Below, in pieces: positions 51,265-61,018 of a stretch of DNA of 64,000 nucleotides. The position numbers and the translations under genes are program-made. Location: contig CAZYEI010000002.1 of the NCBI GenBank assembly GCA_964646425.1, positions 348-64,347 of the forward strand, read 5' to 3'. The stretch comes from an uncultured Eubacteriales bacterium (GTDB taxonomy: Bacteria > Bacillota_I > Bacilli_A > RFN20 > JAISJY01). A model generated the notes under the pieces. That model searched no databases. It saw nothing but the letters and a program-made list of their open reading frames with translations, and had not been told where the DNA came from. Numbering within the stretch: position 1 is the first letter of the stretch; every line of letters starts with the position of its first letter.

Positions 51265-51729
51265 ATGATTGAAGATAAACTATATACATTGAAAGAATTG
51301 GCAGAATTAACTAAATTAACTGATAGAACTTTGAGAAATTATTTATCAAGTAATATTTTAAAAGGACATAAAATTGGTGGACAATGGAGATTTAATAAAG
51401 AAGAAGTCTCTGCATTATTTAAAAATGATGATTTTTATGTTGAAAGGAATAAAATTGCTAATTCTGCAATTAATCATTATATTGAAAATAAATATACATT
51501 TATTAGTGATTTCACTGGATGTGTTGTTATGGACTTTAAAATTTGTGATAAAGATAAAAAGAAAGCTTTTTTTGATAAAATTGAACTTATTGGGAAAAAT
51601 GATGATATTAAGGAAAAAGTTTCTTTTTTAGAAAAAAATGGACATATTAGAATGAATATAGTTGGTCCTATTGCTTATATAAAAAGGGTAATTGATTTGG
51701 TAGAACAATTTGCAATAAGTAATGATTAA
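51265..51729 (+). CDS. Excisionase/MerR-like helix-turn-helix DNA-binding protein
   Basis: Contains the HTH_17-like 'YTLKELAELTKLTDRTLRNYLSSNILKGHKIGGQWRF'. The C-terminal domain is unknown. Confidence 0.55.
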   Translation: MIEDKLYTLKELAELTKLTDRTLRNYLSSNILKGHKIGGQWRFNKEEVSALFKNDDFYVERNKIANSAINHYIENKYTFISDFTGCVVMDFKICDKDKKKAFFDKIELIGKNDDIKEKVSFLEKNGHIRMNIVGPIAYIKRVIDLVEQFAISND

Positions 51730-51767
51730 AAATACTTAAATATGAGTATTTTATGAGGAGGGATAAT

Positions 51768-53531
51768 ATGATATTTGGAAAACACATAAATAAATATTAC
51801 TTGAGATTTTCATGGGCATTAATAATTGGACTAGTTGCTTTAGCTTTAGTTGACATTTATCAACTGAAAATTCCCGAAATTTATAGTACCATTATTGATG
51901 GATTAAATGGAACTAGTGCTATACCTTTAAGCAAAGAACTTTTACTTGACTTAGTAAAAGAGATGTTTGGCATTGTGGCAGTTATGGTAATCGGGAGAGT
52001 ATTATGGCGTGTTTGTTTTTATGGAAGTGCAATAAAAACAGAAACGAGTATTAGAGAGAAAATGTTTAATCACTGTAAAGATTTACCACAAGAATTTTAT
52101 AGTCAAAATAAAGTTGGCTCACTTATGTCATTATTTACAAATGACTTAGGAACTATTCTAGAGTGTTTTGGTGATGGTATCTTAATGTTTTTTGATGCTT
52201 TGGTATTAGGGGGATTTGCTATTTATAAAATGTTTAGAGTAAATATTACTTTAGCTGCATTATCTATTATTCCACTAATTATTTTACTTTTAATTGGAAT
52301 TGTCGTTGGGGGATATATGGAGAAAAAATGGGAATTGCGTCAAGAAGCATTTTCAAATTTATCTGATTTTTCACAAGAGAGTTTCTCTGGTATTTCTGTA
52401 ATAAAGGCCTTTGTTAAAGAGGGAAAAGAATTATTTTATTTTAAAAAATTAAATAAAGATAATGAAAATGCAAATGTCACATTTGTAAAAGCATCTACCT
52501 TATTGCATATTTTAATTACATTATTAGTAGGTACTGTTATGTGTTTAATATTGGGAGTAGGTGGTTATCTAGTATATATTGGCGTTGAAGGATTTACTAT
52601 TGGTAAATTAATAGAATTTATGTCATATTTTAATTCAACGATCTGGCCAATGATGGCAATATCAAGTCTAATTGATATGACATCTAGAGGAAAAGCATCA
52701 TTAGGACGTATTTCCAATTTGTTAAATTATAAAAATAATGTTTGCGATTGTAGTGATGTTGAAGACATTTCTTTTATAAAAGGGGATATTGAATTTAAAA
52801 ATTTAACTTTTAGATATCCTGGAACTGAACATGACATTTTAAAAAATATTTCATTTAAAATTAATGCTGGAGAAAATATAGGGATTGTTGGAAAAACAGG
52901 TTGTGGAAAAACAACATTAGTTGATTTAATTTTACGATTATATAATGTTGATGATGGAAGTTTATTTATTGATAACAAAGATATAAACAAAATTCCAATC
53001 AAAACTGTTAGAAAATATTGTGCATATGTTCCACAAGATAATTTTTTGTTTAGTGATACGATAGAAGCTAATATAGCTTTTGCTTTTGATAATGTTGATA
53101 AGAAAAAAGTAGAAGAAGTAGCGAAGCTTGCTGATGTTCATTCTAATATTGTTGAATTTGAAAAGAAATATGAAACAGTTCTTGGTGAAAGAGGTGTAAC
53201 AATTTCCGGAGGTCAAAAACAACGTACAAGTATTGCTAGAGCTTTAATGAAGGACTCAGCAATATTAATTCTTGATGATTCGGTAAGTGCAGTTGACACA
53301 AAAACTGAAGAAATTATTTTAGGGAATCTTGCTAAATCTCGAAAAGGAAAAACAACTATTTTAATTGCTCATCGTATTTCTACAATTCAAAGTTTAGATA
53401 AAATTTTGTATATGGATGCTGGCAGAGTTGTTGCTTTTGATACTCATGATAATCTTTATAAGAATTGTGAGGATTATCGTAAAATGGTAGATTTACAAAA
53501 ATTAGAACAAGAAGATGGAGGTAATGCATAA
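51768..53531 (+). CDS. ABC exporter, fused permease/ATPase (heterodimer subunit A)
   Basis: Six TM helices precede an NBD with 'GKTGCGKTT', 'ISGGQKQR' and 'LILDDSVSAVD'. The start at 'MIFGKHINKYY' follows AGGAGGG; the tracked start includes the RBS. Confidence 0.8.
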   Translation: MIFGKHINKYYLRFSWALIIGLVALALVDIYQLKIPEIYSTIIDGLNGTSAIPLSKELLLDLVKEMFGIVAVMVIGRVLWRVCFYGSAIKTETSIREKMFNHCKDLPQEFYSQNKVGSLMSLFTNDLGTILECFGDGILMFFDALVLGGFAIYKMFRVNITLAALSIIPLIILLLIGIVVGGYMEKKWELRQEAFSNLSDFSQESFSGISVIKAFVKEGKELFYFKKLNKDNENANVTFVKASTLLHILITLLVGTVMCLILGVGGYLVYIGVEGFTIGKLIEFMSYFNSTIWPMMAISSLIDMTSRGKASLGRISNLLNYKNNVCDCSDVEDISFIKGDIEFKNLTFRYPGTEHDILKNISFKINAGENIGIVGKTGCGKTTLVDLILRLYNVDDGSLFIDNKDINKIPIKTVRKYCAYVPQDNFLFSDTIEANIAFAFDNVDKKKVEEVAKLADVHSNIVEFEKKYETVLGERGVTISGGQKQRTSIARALMKDSAILILDDSVSAVDTKTEEIILGNLAKSRKGKTTILIAHRISTIQSLDKILYMDAGRVVAFDTHDNLYKNCEDYRKMVDLQKLEQEDGGNA

Positions 53532-55408
53532 TGAATCCATTGTTAGTTATCGGAGCGATTCTTGGCACATTATCAATAATATTTTTAATTGCATTTTTAT
53601 CGATTAAAAATAAAAAGGAAGTATTAGGCTTTGAACGCAATATGAGTGATACATATATTATAAAAAGATTATTAGCGTATGCTAAGCCACATTTAAAATC
53701 ATTTATTATTGTATTTTTATTGATGGTATTTTGTGTTTCTGCTGATATTATATTGCCTATTATTACTGGTGGTGTAACTACCGTATTAGGCAAAGAAGAA
53801 TTTAAGTATTATGAAGTTTTAAGACTGGTTATATTGTATTTAGTATTATTAATATTATCAGTGATTTGCAGTTATTTTCAAGCAATTATTCTCCAAAAAA
53901 CAGGTCAAAAAATAATTTCAAAAATTAGAGAAGATGTATTTATTAATATTGAATCATTATCACATAGTCAATTAAACAATATACCAGTTGGAAAATTAGT
54001 AACTAGAGTTACAAATGATACTGATGCAGTATCAAATATGTTTACAGGCTTAGTTGTCAACTTAGTAAAGAATATATGTACAATTTTAGGTGTAGTAATT
54101 GCAATGTTTATTGTTAATATTCAATTATCACTAATGGTTATGTGTTTTGGACCATTTATTGTATATTTTACGATTATCTTTAGAAAATTTTCTCGAAAAT
54201 CATATCGAGAAGTTAGAAATAATATTACTGATATTAATACATTTTTATCAGAAAACTTAAGTGGCATAAAAATAACTCAAATTTTTAATCAAGAGAAAAA
54301 GAAATTAAATGATTTTATTGAAAAAAATAATCGTTTAAATAATTCAAGTATAAAACAAATATTTGTTTTTTCGGTTTTTAGACCATGTATTTATATGATT
54401 TATATTTTTTCGATAATTGCTTTGTTTTGGATTGCAGGTACTGCTGCTATTGATAAAGTAAAAGTTTTTGGACAAATTATTACATATTCAACAATTGTTA
54501 TTTTTTATCAATATTTATCTTCATTTTTTAATCCGATTCAAAATTTAGCAGAACAATTTAATAGATTACAATCTGCATTTGCATCTGCTGAAAAAATATT
54601 TACAATTATGGATATGAAACCAGAAGTTATAGATAGCGAAGATGCAATAGAATTGGAAAATATTAAAGGAGATATTGAGTTTAAAGATGTATGGTTTGCA
54701 TATATTGAAAATGATTGGGTATTAAAAGGCGTTTCATTTAAAGTAAAAGCAAAAGATACAGTTGCTTTTGTTGGCTCAACAGGAAGTGGAAAAACGACTA
54801 TTTTATCATTGATTGTCCGAAATTATGATATTCAAAGAGGACAAATTTTAATTGATGGTATTGACATTAAAAAAGTTAAGATTTCTTCCCTAAGAAAACA
54901 CTTTGGTCAAATGTTGCAAGATGTCTTTATTTTTAGTGGGACAATTAAGAGTAATATTGTTCTTAGAGAGGAATCGATAACAGATGAAGAGATAAATAAG
55001 GCTTGCAAGTATGTAAATGCTGATTACTTTATCAATCAATTAGATCATGGATTAGAAGAAAAAGTATTGGAAAGAGGAAACAATTTTTCGGCTGGACAAA
55101 GACAATTATTATCTTTTGCTAGAACTATTGTTCATAAACCGACAGTTATGATTCTAGATGAAGCAACGGCTAATATTGATACGGAAACTGAATTATTAAT
55201 TCAAGATTCATTAGAAAAGATGATGAATATTGGAACAATGTTAATTGTGGCACACAGATTATCAACAATTCAACACGCTGATAATATTATTGTATTATCT
55301 CATGGTGAAATAATCGAGCAAGGGAATCATCAACAATTATTAAAATTAAAAGGACATTATTATAATCTATATCAAATTCAGTATAATAAAGAATTATTAA
55401 GAAAATAA
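53531..55408 (+). CDS. ABC exporter, fused permease/ATPase (heterodimer subunit B)
   Basis: The NBD has 'GSTGSGKTT', 'FSAGQRQL' and 'MILDEATANID'. It overlaps the upstream stop (ATAATG). Confidence 0.8.
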   Translation: MNPLLVIGAILGTLSIIFLIAFLSIKNKKEVLGFERNMSDTYIIKRLLAYAKPHLKSFIIVFLLMVFCVSADIILPIITGGVTTVLGKEEFKYYEVLRLVILYLVLLILSVICSYFQAIILQKTGQKIISKIREDVFINIESLSHSQLNNIPVGKLVTRVTNDTDAVSNMFTGLVVNLVKNICTILGVVIAMFIVNIQLSLMVMCFGPFIVYFTIIFRKFSRKSYREVRNNITDINTFLSENLSGIKITQIFNQEKKKLNDFIEKNNRLNNSSIKQIFVFSVFRPCIYMIYIFSIIALFWIAGTAAIDKVKVFGQIITYSTIVIFYQYLSSFFNPIQNLAEQFNRLQSAFASAEKIFTIMDMKPEVIDSEDAIELENIKGDIEFKDVWFAYIENDWVLKGVSFKVKAKDTVAFVGSTGSGKTTILSLIVRNYDIQRGQILIDGIDIKKVKISSLRKHFGQMLQDVFIFSGTIKSNIVLREESITDEEINKACKYVNADYFINQLDHGLEEKVLERGNNFSAGQRQLLSFARTIVHKPTVMILDEATANIDTETELLIQDSLEKMMNIGTMLIVAHRLSTIQHADNIIVLSHGEIIEQGNHQQLLKLKGHYYNLYQIQYNKELLRK

Positions 55409-55412
55409 AGCA

Positions 55413-55458
55413 AAAGAATGCTATTAACGATGTTTAATGTTGATAGCATTCTTTTTGT
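55413..55458 (+). terminator. Rho-independent terminator
   Basis: GAATGCTATTAAC...GTTGATAGCATTC followed by TTTTTG. Confidence 0.65.
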
Positions 55459-55530
55459 TTGGGTAAAAATTTCTAATAATTAATAAAATATTGCTTGACA
55501 AACTATTAGATTTAATATATATTAAATATG

Positions 55531-55566
55531 GTTAGCGTTGACTAACAAGATAGGGTTAAATATTAT
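55531..55566 (+). promoter_or_regulatory. feoA promoter with an overlapping palindromic operator
   Basis: The palindrome GTTAGcgttgaCTAAC (55531-55546) overlaps a -35 TTGACT. A 17-nt spacer leads to a TATTAT -10. Confidence 0.45.
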
Positions 55567-55612
55567 TCTATTTATTGTTAGATGATTTATGCCAAGTGAA
55601 AGGGGGATTTAT

Positions 55613-55825
55613 ATGAATTTAAGTCAAGCGGAAATTGGAAAAGAATATATAATTCGTGAAATTAATACAGATGATGAAGAATTAAATGCTTTTTTATTTT
55701 CGTTAGGTTGTTATTCTGGTGAACCTATCACTGTTATCAATCGCCTTAAAGGTGGTTGTGTAGTGGCAATTAAAGATGGAAGATACAATATTGATTTACA
55801 ACTTGCACAATCCATCATTATATAG
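55613..55825 (+). CDS. feoA: FeoA-family ferrous iron transport protein
   Basis: 'MNLSQAEIGKEYIIREI...GDPI/EPITV' is the SH3-like FeoA fold. AAGGGGGAT lies upstream of the ATG at 55613; the tracked start is 8 codons earlier. Confidence 0.7.
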   Translation: MNLSQAEIGKEYIIREINTDDEELNAFLFSLGCYSGEPITVINRLKGGCVVAIKDGRYNIDLQLAQSIII

Positions 55826-55882
55826 TAATAAAAATTTTCTTTTTGCCAATCTAGTGCAATAAGAATTATTTTTTATTAATAT

Positions 55883-55898
55883 GTTAGCGTTAGCTAAC
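55883..55898 (+). promoter_or_regulatory. Perfect palindromic operator GTTAGC-gtta-GCTAAC upstream of feoB
   Basis: A 6-4-6 perfect inverted repeat, 20 nt upstream of the feoB RBS. It shares 'ATGTTAGCGTT' with the feoA site. Confidence 0.45.
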
Positions 55899-55918
55899 TT
55901 TGAAAAGGGGGAATTTAA

Positions 55919-57916
55919 ATGAAAATTGCTTTAACTGGTAATCCAAACAGTGGAAAAACAACAATGTATAATGCATTAACAGGGAGAAATGAAAAAGTAG
56001 GAAACTGGGCTGGAGTTACTGTTGAGAAAAAAGAACATCAAATTAAAAAAATATTTTACGATCGTGATGAACGTTTAGTTGCCGTTGACTTACCTGGAGC
56101 TTATTCAATGTCTCCATTTACGTCAGAAGAAAGTATTACAAGTTCATATGTTAAGAACGAAAATCCTGATGTTATTATTAATATTGTGGATTCTACAAAT
56201 TTAAGCCGTAGTTTATTTTTTACTACACAATTATTAGAATTACATATTCCAGTTGTTGTTGCTTTGAATAAGTCCGATATTAATAAACGAAAAGAAACGC
56301 AAATAGATGTTGCAAAATTATCTGAATTGTTAGGATGTCCTGTAATTGAAACTATTTCAACTTCTGCTACAGGATTAAATACTTTGATTGAAGCTGCTGT
56401 AAATGTCTATGGAAGAGGCCAAAAAGCGCCTTATTCACAAGGAAATATAGATATCACTGATAAAAAAGAAGTTGAAAAAGCTGACAGAGCAAGATTTGAT
56501 TTTGTTAATAAAATTGTTGCCGAAGTTGAAAAAAGAAAAATATTAACTAAAGAAAAAAATGTTCAAGATAAAATTGATGCAGTATTAACAAATAAATGGA
56601 TTGGTATTCCAATATTTGCTGTTGTAATGTTTCTAGTCTTTCAAATTTCTCAAGCATGGGTTGGTCCTTTTATTGCTGATACATTGTGTGATTTATTAGA
56701 AATATTTAAAAACTGGGTTGCTGATAGTCTTGCAAATTCTGCAGGAGAATTAGATATTTGGAGTTCAATATTAGTCGAAGGTGTAATTGGTGGCGTTATT
56801 GCTGTCTTGGGCTTTTTACCATTAGTTATGATTATGTATTTTTTAATTGCTTTATTAGAAGATTGTGGTTATATGGCCCGTGTTTCAGTGGTTTTAGATC
56901 CAATCTTTAAAAAAGTTGGTCTTTCAGGTAAATCAGTAATTCCGTTTGTTATTGGAACTGGCTGTGCAATTCCTGGTATTATGGCTTGTCGTACTATCCG
57001 TAATGAAAGAGAAAGACGAGCTACTGCAATGTTGACACCATTTATGCCATGTGGTGCTAAGTTGCCAGTAATTGCTTTATTTGCGGGTGTTTTCTTCGCT
57101 GATTCTTCATGGGTAGGTACTGTAATGTATTTTGTGGGAATTTTATTGATTCTTGCATGTGCACTTTTAATTAATCTTCTTACAGGATATAAAAATAGAA
57201 AATCATTCTTTATCATGGAACTTCCTGAATATAAGGTTCCAAATTTCTGGAAAGCTTTCTTATCTATGTGTGGCCGTGGTTGGGCTTATATAGTTAAGGC
57301 AGGAACAATTATTTTAGTTTGTAACTTTGCAGTTCATGTAATGCAAACATTTGATTGGAGCTTACATGTTGTTGACGCTAGTGATTCAATACTTCATGAT
57401 TTAGCGACACCATTTGCTTATATACTTGCACCAATTGTAGGAATTTGTGCATGGCAATTAGCTGCAGCTTCAGTTACAGGTTTTATTGCCAAAGAAAATA
57501 TTGTTGGAACATTAGCAGTTTGCTATGGAATCACAAATTTTATTAATGTAGATGATCTAATCTTAGAAAGTGGAGCAGAAGAAGTAGCAGCAATCTTTGC
57601 TATTACAAAAGTTGCTGGATTAGCATATTTAATGTTTAACTTATTTACACCACCTTGTTTTGCAGCGATCGGTGCAATGAATTCAGAAATTAAAAGTCGA
57701 AAATGGTTATGGGCTGGTATTGGTCTTCAATTTGCCGTAGGTTATACAGTTGGATTCTTAGTATTTTTCTTTGGTACATTATTTACAGGTGGCAGTTTAG
57801 GTGCACCATGGATGCCAATTGTAGGTTGGTTAATTGTTATTATAATAGCAGTGATTATTACTTCGCTTATTATCAAGAAAAATAGACATTTAAAGGAAGA
57901 ATATGCATTTAATTAG
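55919..57916 (+). CDS. feoB: Ferrous iron transporter B
   Basis: G-protein motifs 'GNPNSGKTT' and 'DLPG' are followed by the gate-motif membrane domain ('CAIPGIMACRTIRNERER'). Confidence 0.9.
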   Translation: MKIALTGNPNSGKTTMYNALTGRNEKVGNWAGVTVEKKEHQIKKIFYDRDERLVAVDLPGAYSMSPFTSEESITSSYVKNENPDVIINIVDSTNLSRSLFFTTQLLELHIPVVVALNKSDINKRKETQIDVAKLSELLGCPVIETISTSATGLNTLIEAAVNVYGRGQKAPYSQGNIDITDKKEVEKADRARFDFVNKIVAEVEKRKILTKEKNVQDKIDAVLTNKWIGIPIFAVVMFLVFQISQAWVGPFIADTLCDLLEIFKNWVADSLANSAGELDIWSSILVEGVIGGVIAVLGFLPLVMIMYFLIALLEDCGYMARVSVVLDPIFKKVGLSGKSVIPFVIGTGCAIPGIMACRTIRNERERRATAMLTPFMPCGAKLPVIALFAGVFFADSSWVGTVMYFVGILLILACALLINLLTGYKNRKSFFIMELPEYKVPNFWKAFLSMCGRGWAYIVKAGTIILVCNFAVHVMQTFDWSLHVVDASDSILHDLATPFAYILAPIVGICAWQLAAASVTGFIAKENIVGTLAVCYGITNFINVDDLILESGAEEVAAIFAITKVAGLAYLMFNLFTPPCFAAIGAMNSEIKSRKWLWAGIGLQFAVGYTVGFLVFFFGTLFTGGSLGAPWMPIVGWLIVIIIAVIITSLIIKKNRHLKEEYAFN

Positions 57917-58139
57917 TTTTTTAGCACTATTTATTTCTGGACAAATAATTGCAATTATAGCGATTATATTGATTATTGGCAGTGCATTACTTTATATAGT
58001 TAAAGCTAAAAAAAGTGGAAGAAAATGTATTGGTTGTCCTGATGGCTGTACTTGTAAAGTGAAAAAAATGCAAAAAAACTTAAAAAAAGCAAAAGGATAT
58101 TGTAGTTGCTGTTCGAATAACGAAAAAGAAAATAAATAA
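57903..58139 (+). CDS. FeoB-associated Cys-rich membrane protein
   Basis: One TM helix is followed by 'CIGCPDGCTCK...CSCC'. The gene overlaps the feoB stop. Confidence 0.6.
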   Translation: MHLISFLALFISGQIIAIIAIILIIGSALLYIVKAKKSGRKCIGCPDGCTCKVKKMQKNLKKAKGYCSCCSNNEKENK

Positions 58140-58145
58140 ATTTTT

Positions 58146-58177
58146 AGGTTGTAATAATTTATATTACAACCTTTTTA
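58146..58177 (+). terminator. Rho-independent terminator
   Basis: AGGTTGTAATA-atttat-ATTACAACCT followed by TTTTT. Confidence 0.65.
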
Positions 58178-58339
58178 TATAGATAATAAATTTATTATAT
58201 TATGTGCAATAAATAAAAATAATGCACAATTAAATACCTTTCTTCTTTAGAATTAATATAATTAATTATTGTAAAAAATGATTAAAAAATTATAAATAAG
58301 TCATACTAAATATAGAAATACTGAAAGGAGTTTAATTAT

Positions 58340-58498
58340 ATGAAATATGTATGTGATATATGTGGCTGGGTTTATGATGAAGAAGAAGGAAATATTGAAA
58401 ATGGAATTAAACCTGGAACAAAATTTGAAGATTTACCGGATGATTTTGCTTGTCCATTATGTGGAGTAGGCAAGGAAAATTTTAGTAAAGTAAAATAA
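58340..58498 (+). CDS. rd: Rubredoxin (52 aa); absent from the ORF track because it is under 60 aa
   Basis: The translation [52 protein letters not shown] carries the two rubredoxin motifs CxxCG and CPxCG. The RBS is AAAGGAG. Confidence 0.85.
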   Translation: MKYVCDICGWVYDEEEGNIENGIKPGTKFEDLPDDFACPLCGVGKENFSKVK

Positions 58499-58527
58499 AA
58501 ATTTATTCATAGTATTAGATAAAATAA

Positions 58528-58576
58528 AAGTAGACTTTGTACAAAAATAAAAGAACTGTACAAGTCTACTTTTTAT
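58528..58576 (+). terminator. Rho-independent terminator
   Basis: AAAGTAGACTTTGTACA...TGTACAAGTCTACTTTTT. Confidence 0.7.
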
Positions 58577-58693
58577 TGTTTATTTTAAAATATACTTTTA
58601 ATTATTTTTTGTCAAAAAAAGATATTTCTTTTTATAAAAATATTAATATAATTGGTTAATTTCATTGATATACATTTGATATTTTGCTAAAAT

Positions 58694-58708
58694 GCTAACC
58701 ATGTTAGT
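58694..58708 (+). promoter_or_regulatory. Putative MarR autoregulatory operator
   Basis: GCTAAccatgTTAGt inverted repeat, preceded by a direct TGCTAA-aa-TGCTAA. It lies 20 nt upstream of the marR start. Confidence 0.4.
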
Positions 58709-58728
58709 TATTTGTGGAGGTGTTATTT

Positions 58729-59184
58729 ATGGATAAAAGAGAGCAAGCAATATTTTTGATGGATGAATTTAAAAAATGTCGTCCTCAAATGTTTTTTGAA
58801 AAATTTAATATAACTGAAAAAGGAACACATTTTGTTTTAGATTATTTGGTTCATCATAATGATGAAGTTATTTCAGCAGATTTATCTAATTCATTAGGGG
58901 TTTCAACTGCAAGAATGGCTAAATTGCTTAATAATATGGAGAAAAAGGGACTAATTAGGAAATATTCATCTAATATTGATGCTAGAAAAACGGTTATTGT
59001 TTTAACTAAGGAAGGAAGAACTTTAATTAGTAAACATCAAGAAGCATTAATAATTGCTATAAGTAAATTAATAGAAGAAGTTGGGTTTAAGGATATTAGT
59101 GAGTTTATTAGAATATCTTATAAGATGAAAAATTCAATGATTTTTGATGAAACAATTATTGAACAATTAAAAATTATTGAATAA
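58729..59184 (+). CDS. MarR-family transcriptional regulator
   Basis: Winged-helix region 'LSNSLGVSTARMAKLLNNMEKKGLIRKYSSNIDARKTVIVLTKEG'. The ATG at 58729 follows GGAGGTG. Confidence 0.75.
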   Translation: MDKREQAIFLMDEFKKCRPQMFFEKFNITEKGTHFVLDYLVHHNDEVISADLSNSLGVSTARMAKLLNNMEKKGLIRKYSSNIDARKTVIVLTKEGRTLISKHQEALIIAISKLIEEVGFKDISEFIRISYKMKNSMIFDETIIEQLKIIE

Positions 59185-59200
59185 AAACTTATAGGTAATA

Positions 59201-59215
59201 GCTAATATGGTTAGC
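59201..59215 (+). promoter_or_regulatory. Palindromic operator GCTAA-tatgg-TTAGC upstream of the ABC exporter pair
   Basis: A perfect 5-5-5 inverted repeat. It shares the 12-mer AATATGGTTAGC with the feoA site. Confidence 0.45.
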
Positions 59216-59240
59216 AAATAAATTAAAAGGAGGAATTATT

Positions 59241-61016
59241 ATGTTACATCTATTTAAGTATTTAAGGAAAAAAGATTGGATATATATGTTAATCGCTTTA
59301 GTTTTAATAGTCATACAAGTTGCGCTAGAATTAACAATACCAGATTATACAAAACAATTAACTATTATTGTTCAAAGTGGAGCAAATTCAATGGATGAAG
59401 TTTGGAAAAATGGTGGCTTAATGCTTTTATGTGCTTTGGGGAGTTTAATATGTGCGGTTATTTGTTCATATTTTATTTCTAAAGTTGCTAGTTCTTTTTC
59501 TAAAAATTTGCGTGAAAATTTATTTAATAAAATAACAAATTTTTCAAATTCAGAAATGAATAATTTTTCTACACCTAGTTTGATAACTAGAACTACAAAT
59601 GATGTTATGCAAATGCAAAATTTTATGGCTATCGGTGTTCAAATGTTATTTAAAGCACCGATAATGGCTATTTGGGCAATATGTAAAGTTGCTAAAACAG
59701 ATATAAGATGGACTACTGCTACAATTATTTGTATTTGTATAATTGTAATTTGTGTTGCTATTTTGGTTGCGATTTGTTTGCCTAGATTTAGAAAAATTCA
59801 AAAGTTAACTGATGAATTAAATGATGTTACACGAGAAAATGTAACTGGAGTTCGTGTTGTTAGAGCATTTAATGCAGAAAACTATCAAGAAAAAAAATTT
59901 GAAAAAGTAAATGATGAAATAACTAAAACAAGTTTATTTTCAAACAAAGCAATGGGGCTTATGTCACCTATAATGAATGTTTGTATGAATGGTTTAACAC
60001 TTGCTATTTATTGGATTGGTGCTCTATTAATAAATGAAATTTCGATTGCTGATTATTCAGGAAATATCAAAGATTTTGTTTTGGCTAAAGCAGATGTAAT
60101 TGCCAATATGACAGTTTTTACATCATATGCAATGCAAATTGTTATGTCTTTTATGCTTTTAATAGTTGTATTTATTATTTTACCTAGAACTATTATTTCT
60201 GGAAATCGTATTTGGGAGGTATTAAAAACAAATCCTAGCATTAATGATGGTATTAATGATGTAACTACAAATCAAATTGGTACAATTGAATTTAAGAATG
60301 TTTCATTTGCTTATTCTGCAGAATCTGAAGCTTCTATTAAAAATATCTCATTTAAGGTTAATAAAGGTGAAACACTTGCTATAATCGGAGCTACTGGTAG
60401 TGGCAAAACATCAATTATCAATTTAATCCCAAGATTTTATGATGCAACTGCTGGTGAAGTGTTTGTTGATGGAATTAATGTCAAGGATTATAAAATTAAA
60501 GAATTAAGAAATAAGATAGCAATTGCCTCACAAAAAGCTGCCTTATTTAAAGGAACTATTAAAGATAATATAGTATATGGATCTAAAAATAAGATAAATG
60601 AAGAGAAAATTGCTTTGGCAATTGATGTATCTAAATCTGATTTTATAGCTGAACTTGAAAAAGGTATTGATAGTGAAGTGGCTCAAGGCGGAACAAATTT
60701 CTCTGGTGGTCAAAAGCAAAGAATAAGTATTGCTAGGGCTTTATATAAAGATGCTGAAATTATGATTTTTGATGATACATTTTCAGCATTAGATTATAAA
60801 ACAGATATGCTAGTTAGAAAAGGAATAAAGGAAAATTTAAGGGAAAAAACAGTTATAATTATTGCTCAAAGAATTGGAACAATTATGAATGCTGATAAGA
60901 TTATTGTTTTAGATGAAGGAGAAATAGTCGGAATAGGAAGCCATGAAGAACTATTAAATAATTGTGCAGTATATAAAGAAATTGCTTTATCTCAACTTTC
61001 AAAGGAGGAATTATAA
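59241..61016 (+). CDS. ABC exporter, fused permease/ATPase (subunit A of the MarR-linked pair)
   Basis: TM domain plus NBD with 'GATGSGKTS', 'FSGGQKQR' and 'MIFDDTFSALD'. The RBS is AAGGAGG. Confidence 0.8.
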   Translation: MLHLFKYLRKKDWIYMLIALVLIVIQVALELTIPDYTKQLTIIVQSGANSMDEVWKNGGLMLLCALGSLICAVICSYFISKVASSFSKNLRENLFNKITNFSNSEMNNFSTPSLITRTTNDVMQMQNFMAIGVQMLFKAPIMAIWAICKVAKTDIRWTTATIICICIIVICVAILVAICLPRFRKIQKLTDELNDVTRENVTGVRVVRAFNAENYQEKKFEKVNDEITKTSLFSNKAMGLMSPIMNVCMNGLTLAIYWIGALLINEISIADYSGNIKDFVLAKADVIANMTVFTSYAMQIVMSFMLLIVVFIILPRTIISGNRIWEVLKTNPSINDGINDVTTNQIGTIEFKNVSFAYSAESEASIKNISFKVNKGETLAIIGATGSGKTSIINLIPRFYDATAGEVFVDGINVKDYKIKELRNKIAIASQKAALFKGTIKDNIVYGSKNKINEEKIALAIDVSKSDFIAELEKGIDSEVAQGGTNFSGGQKQRISIARALYKDAEIMIFDDTFSALDYKTDMLVRKGIKENLREKTVIIIAQRIGTIMNADKIIVLDEGEIVGIGSHEELLNNCAVYKEIALSQLSKEEL

Positions 61017-61018
61017 TA

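Noticed and set aside
51374-51631. 85-aa ORF in an alternative frame inside the HTH regulator gene
   Set aside because: It is a same-strand overlapping frame with a low-complexity Leu/Ile/Lys translation. The HTH frame has an RBS and a promoter.
52727-53793. Three minus-strand ORFs (91, 86 and 137 aa) opposite the ABC exporter genes
   Set aside because: They are antisense to CDSs that carry Walker A/B and signature motifs.
56869-57885. A 115-aa minus-strand ORF and a 60-aa plus-strand ORF within feoB
   Set aside because: They are embedded in feoB, whose frame carries the G-domain and gate motifs.
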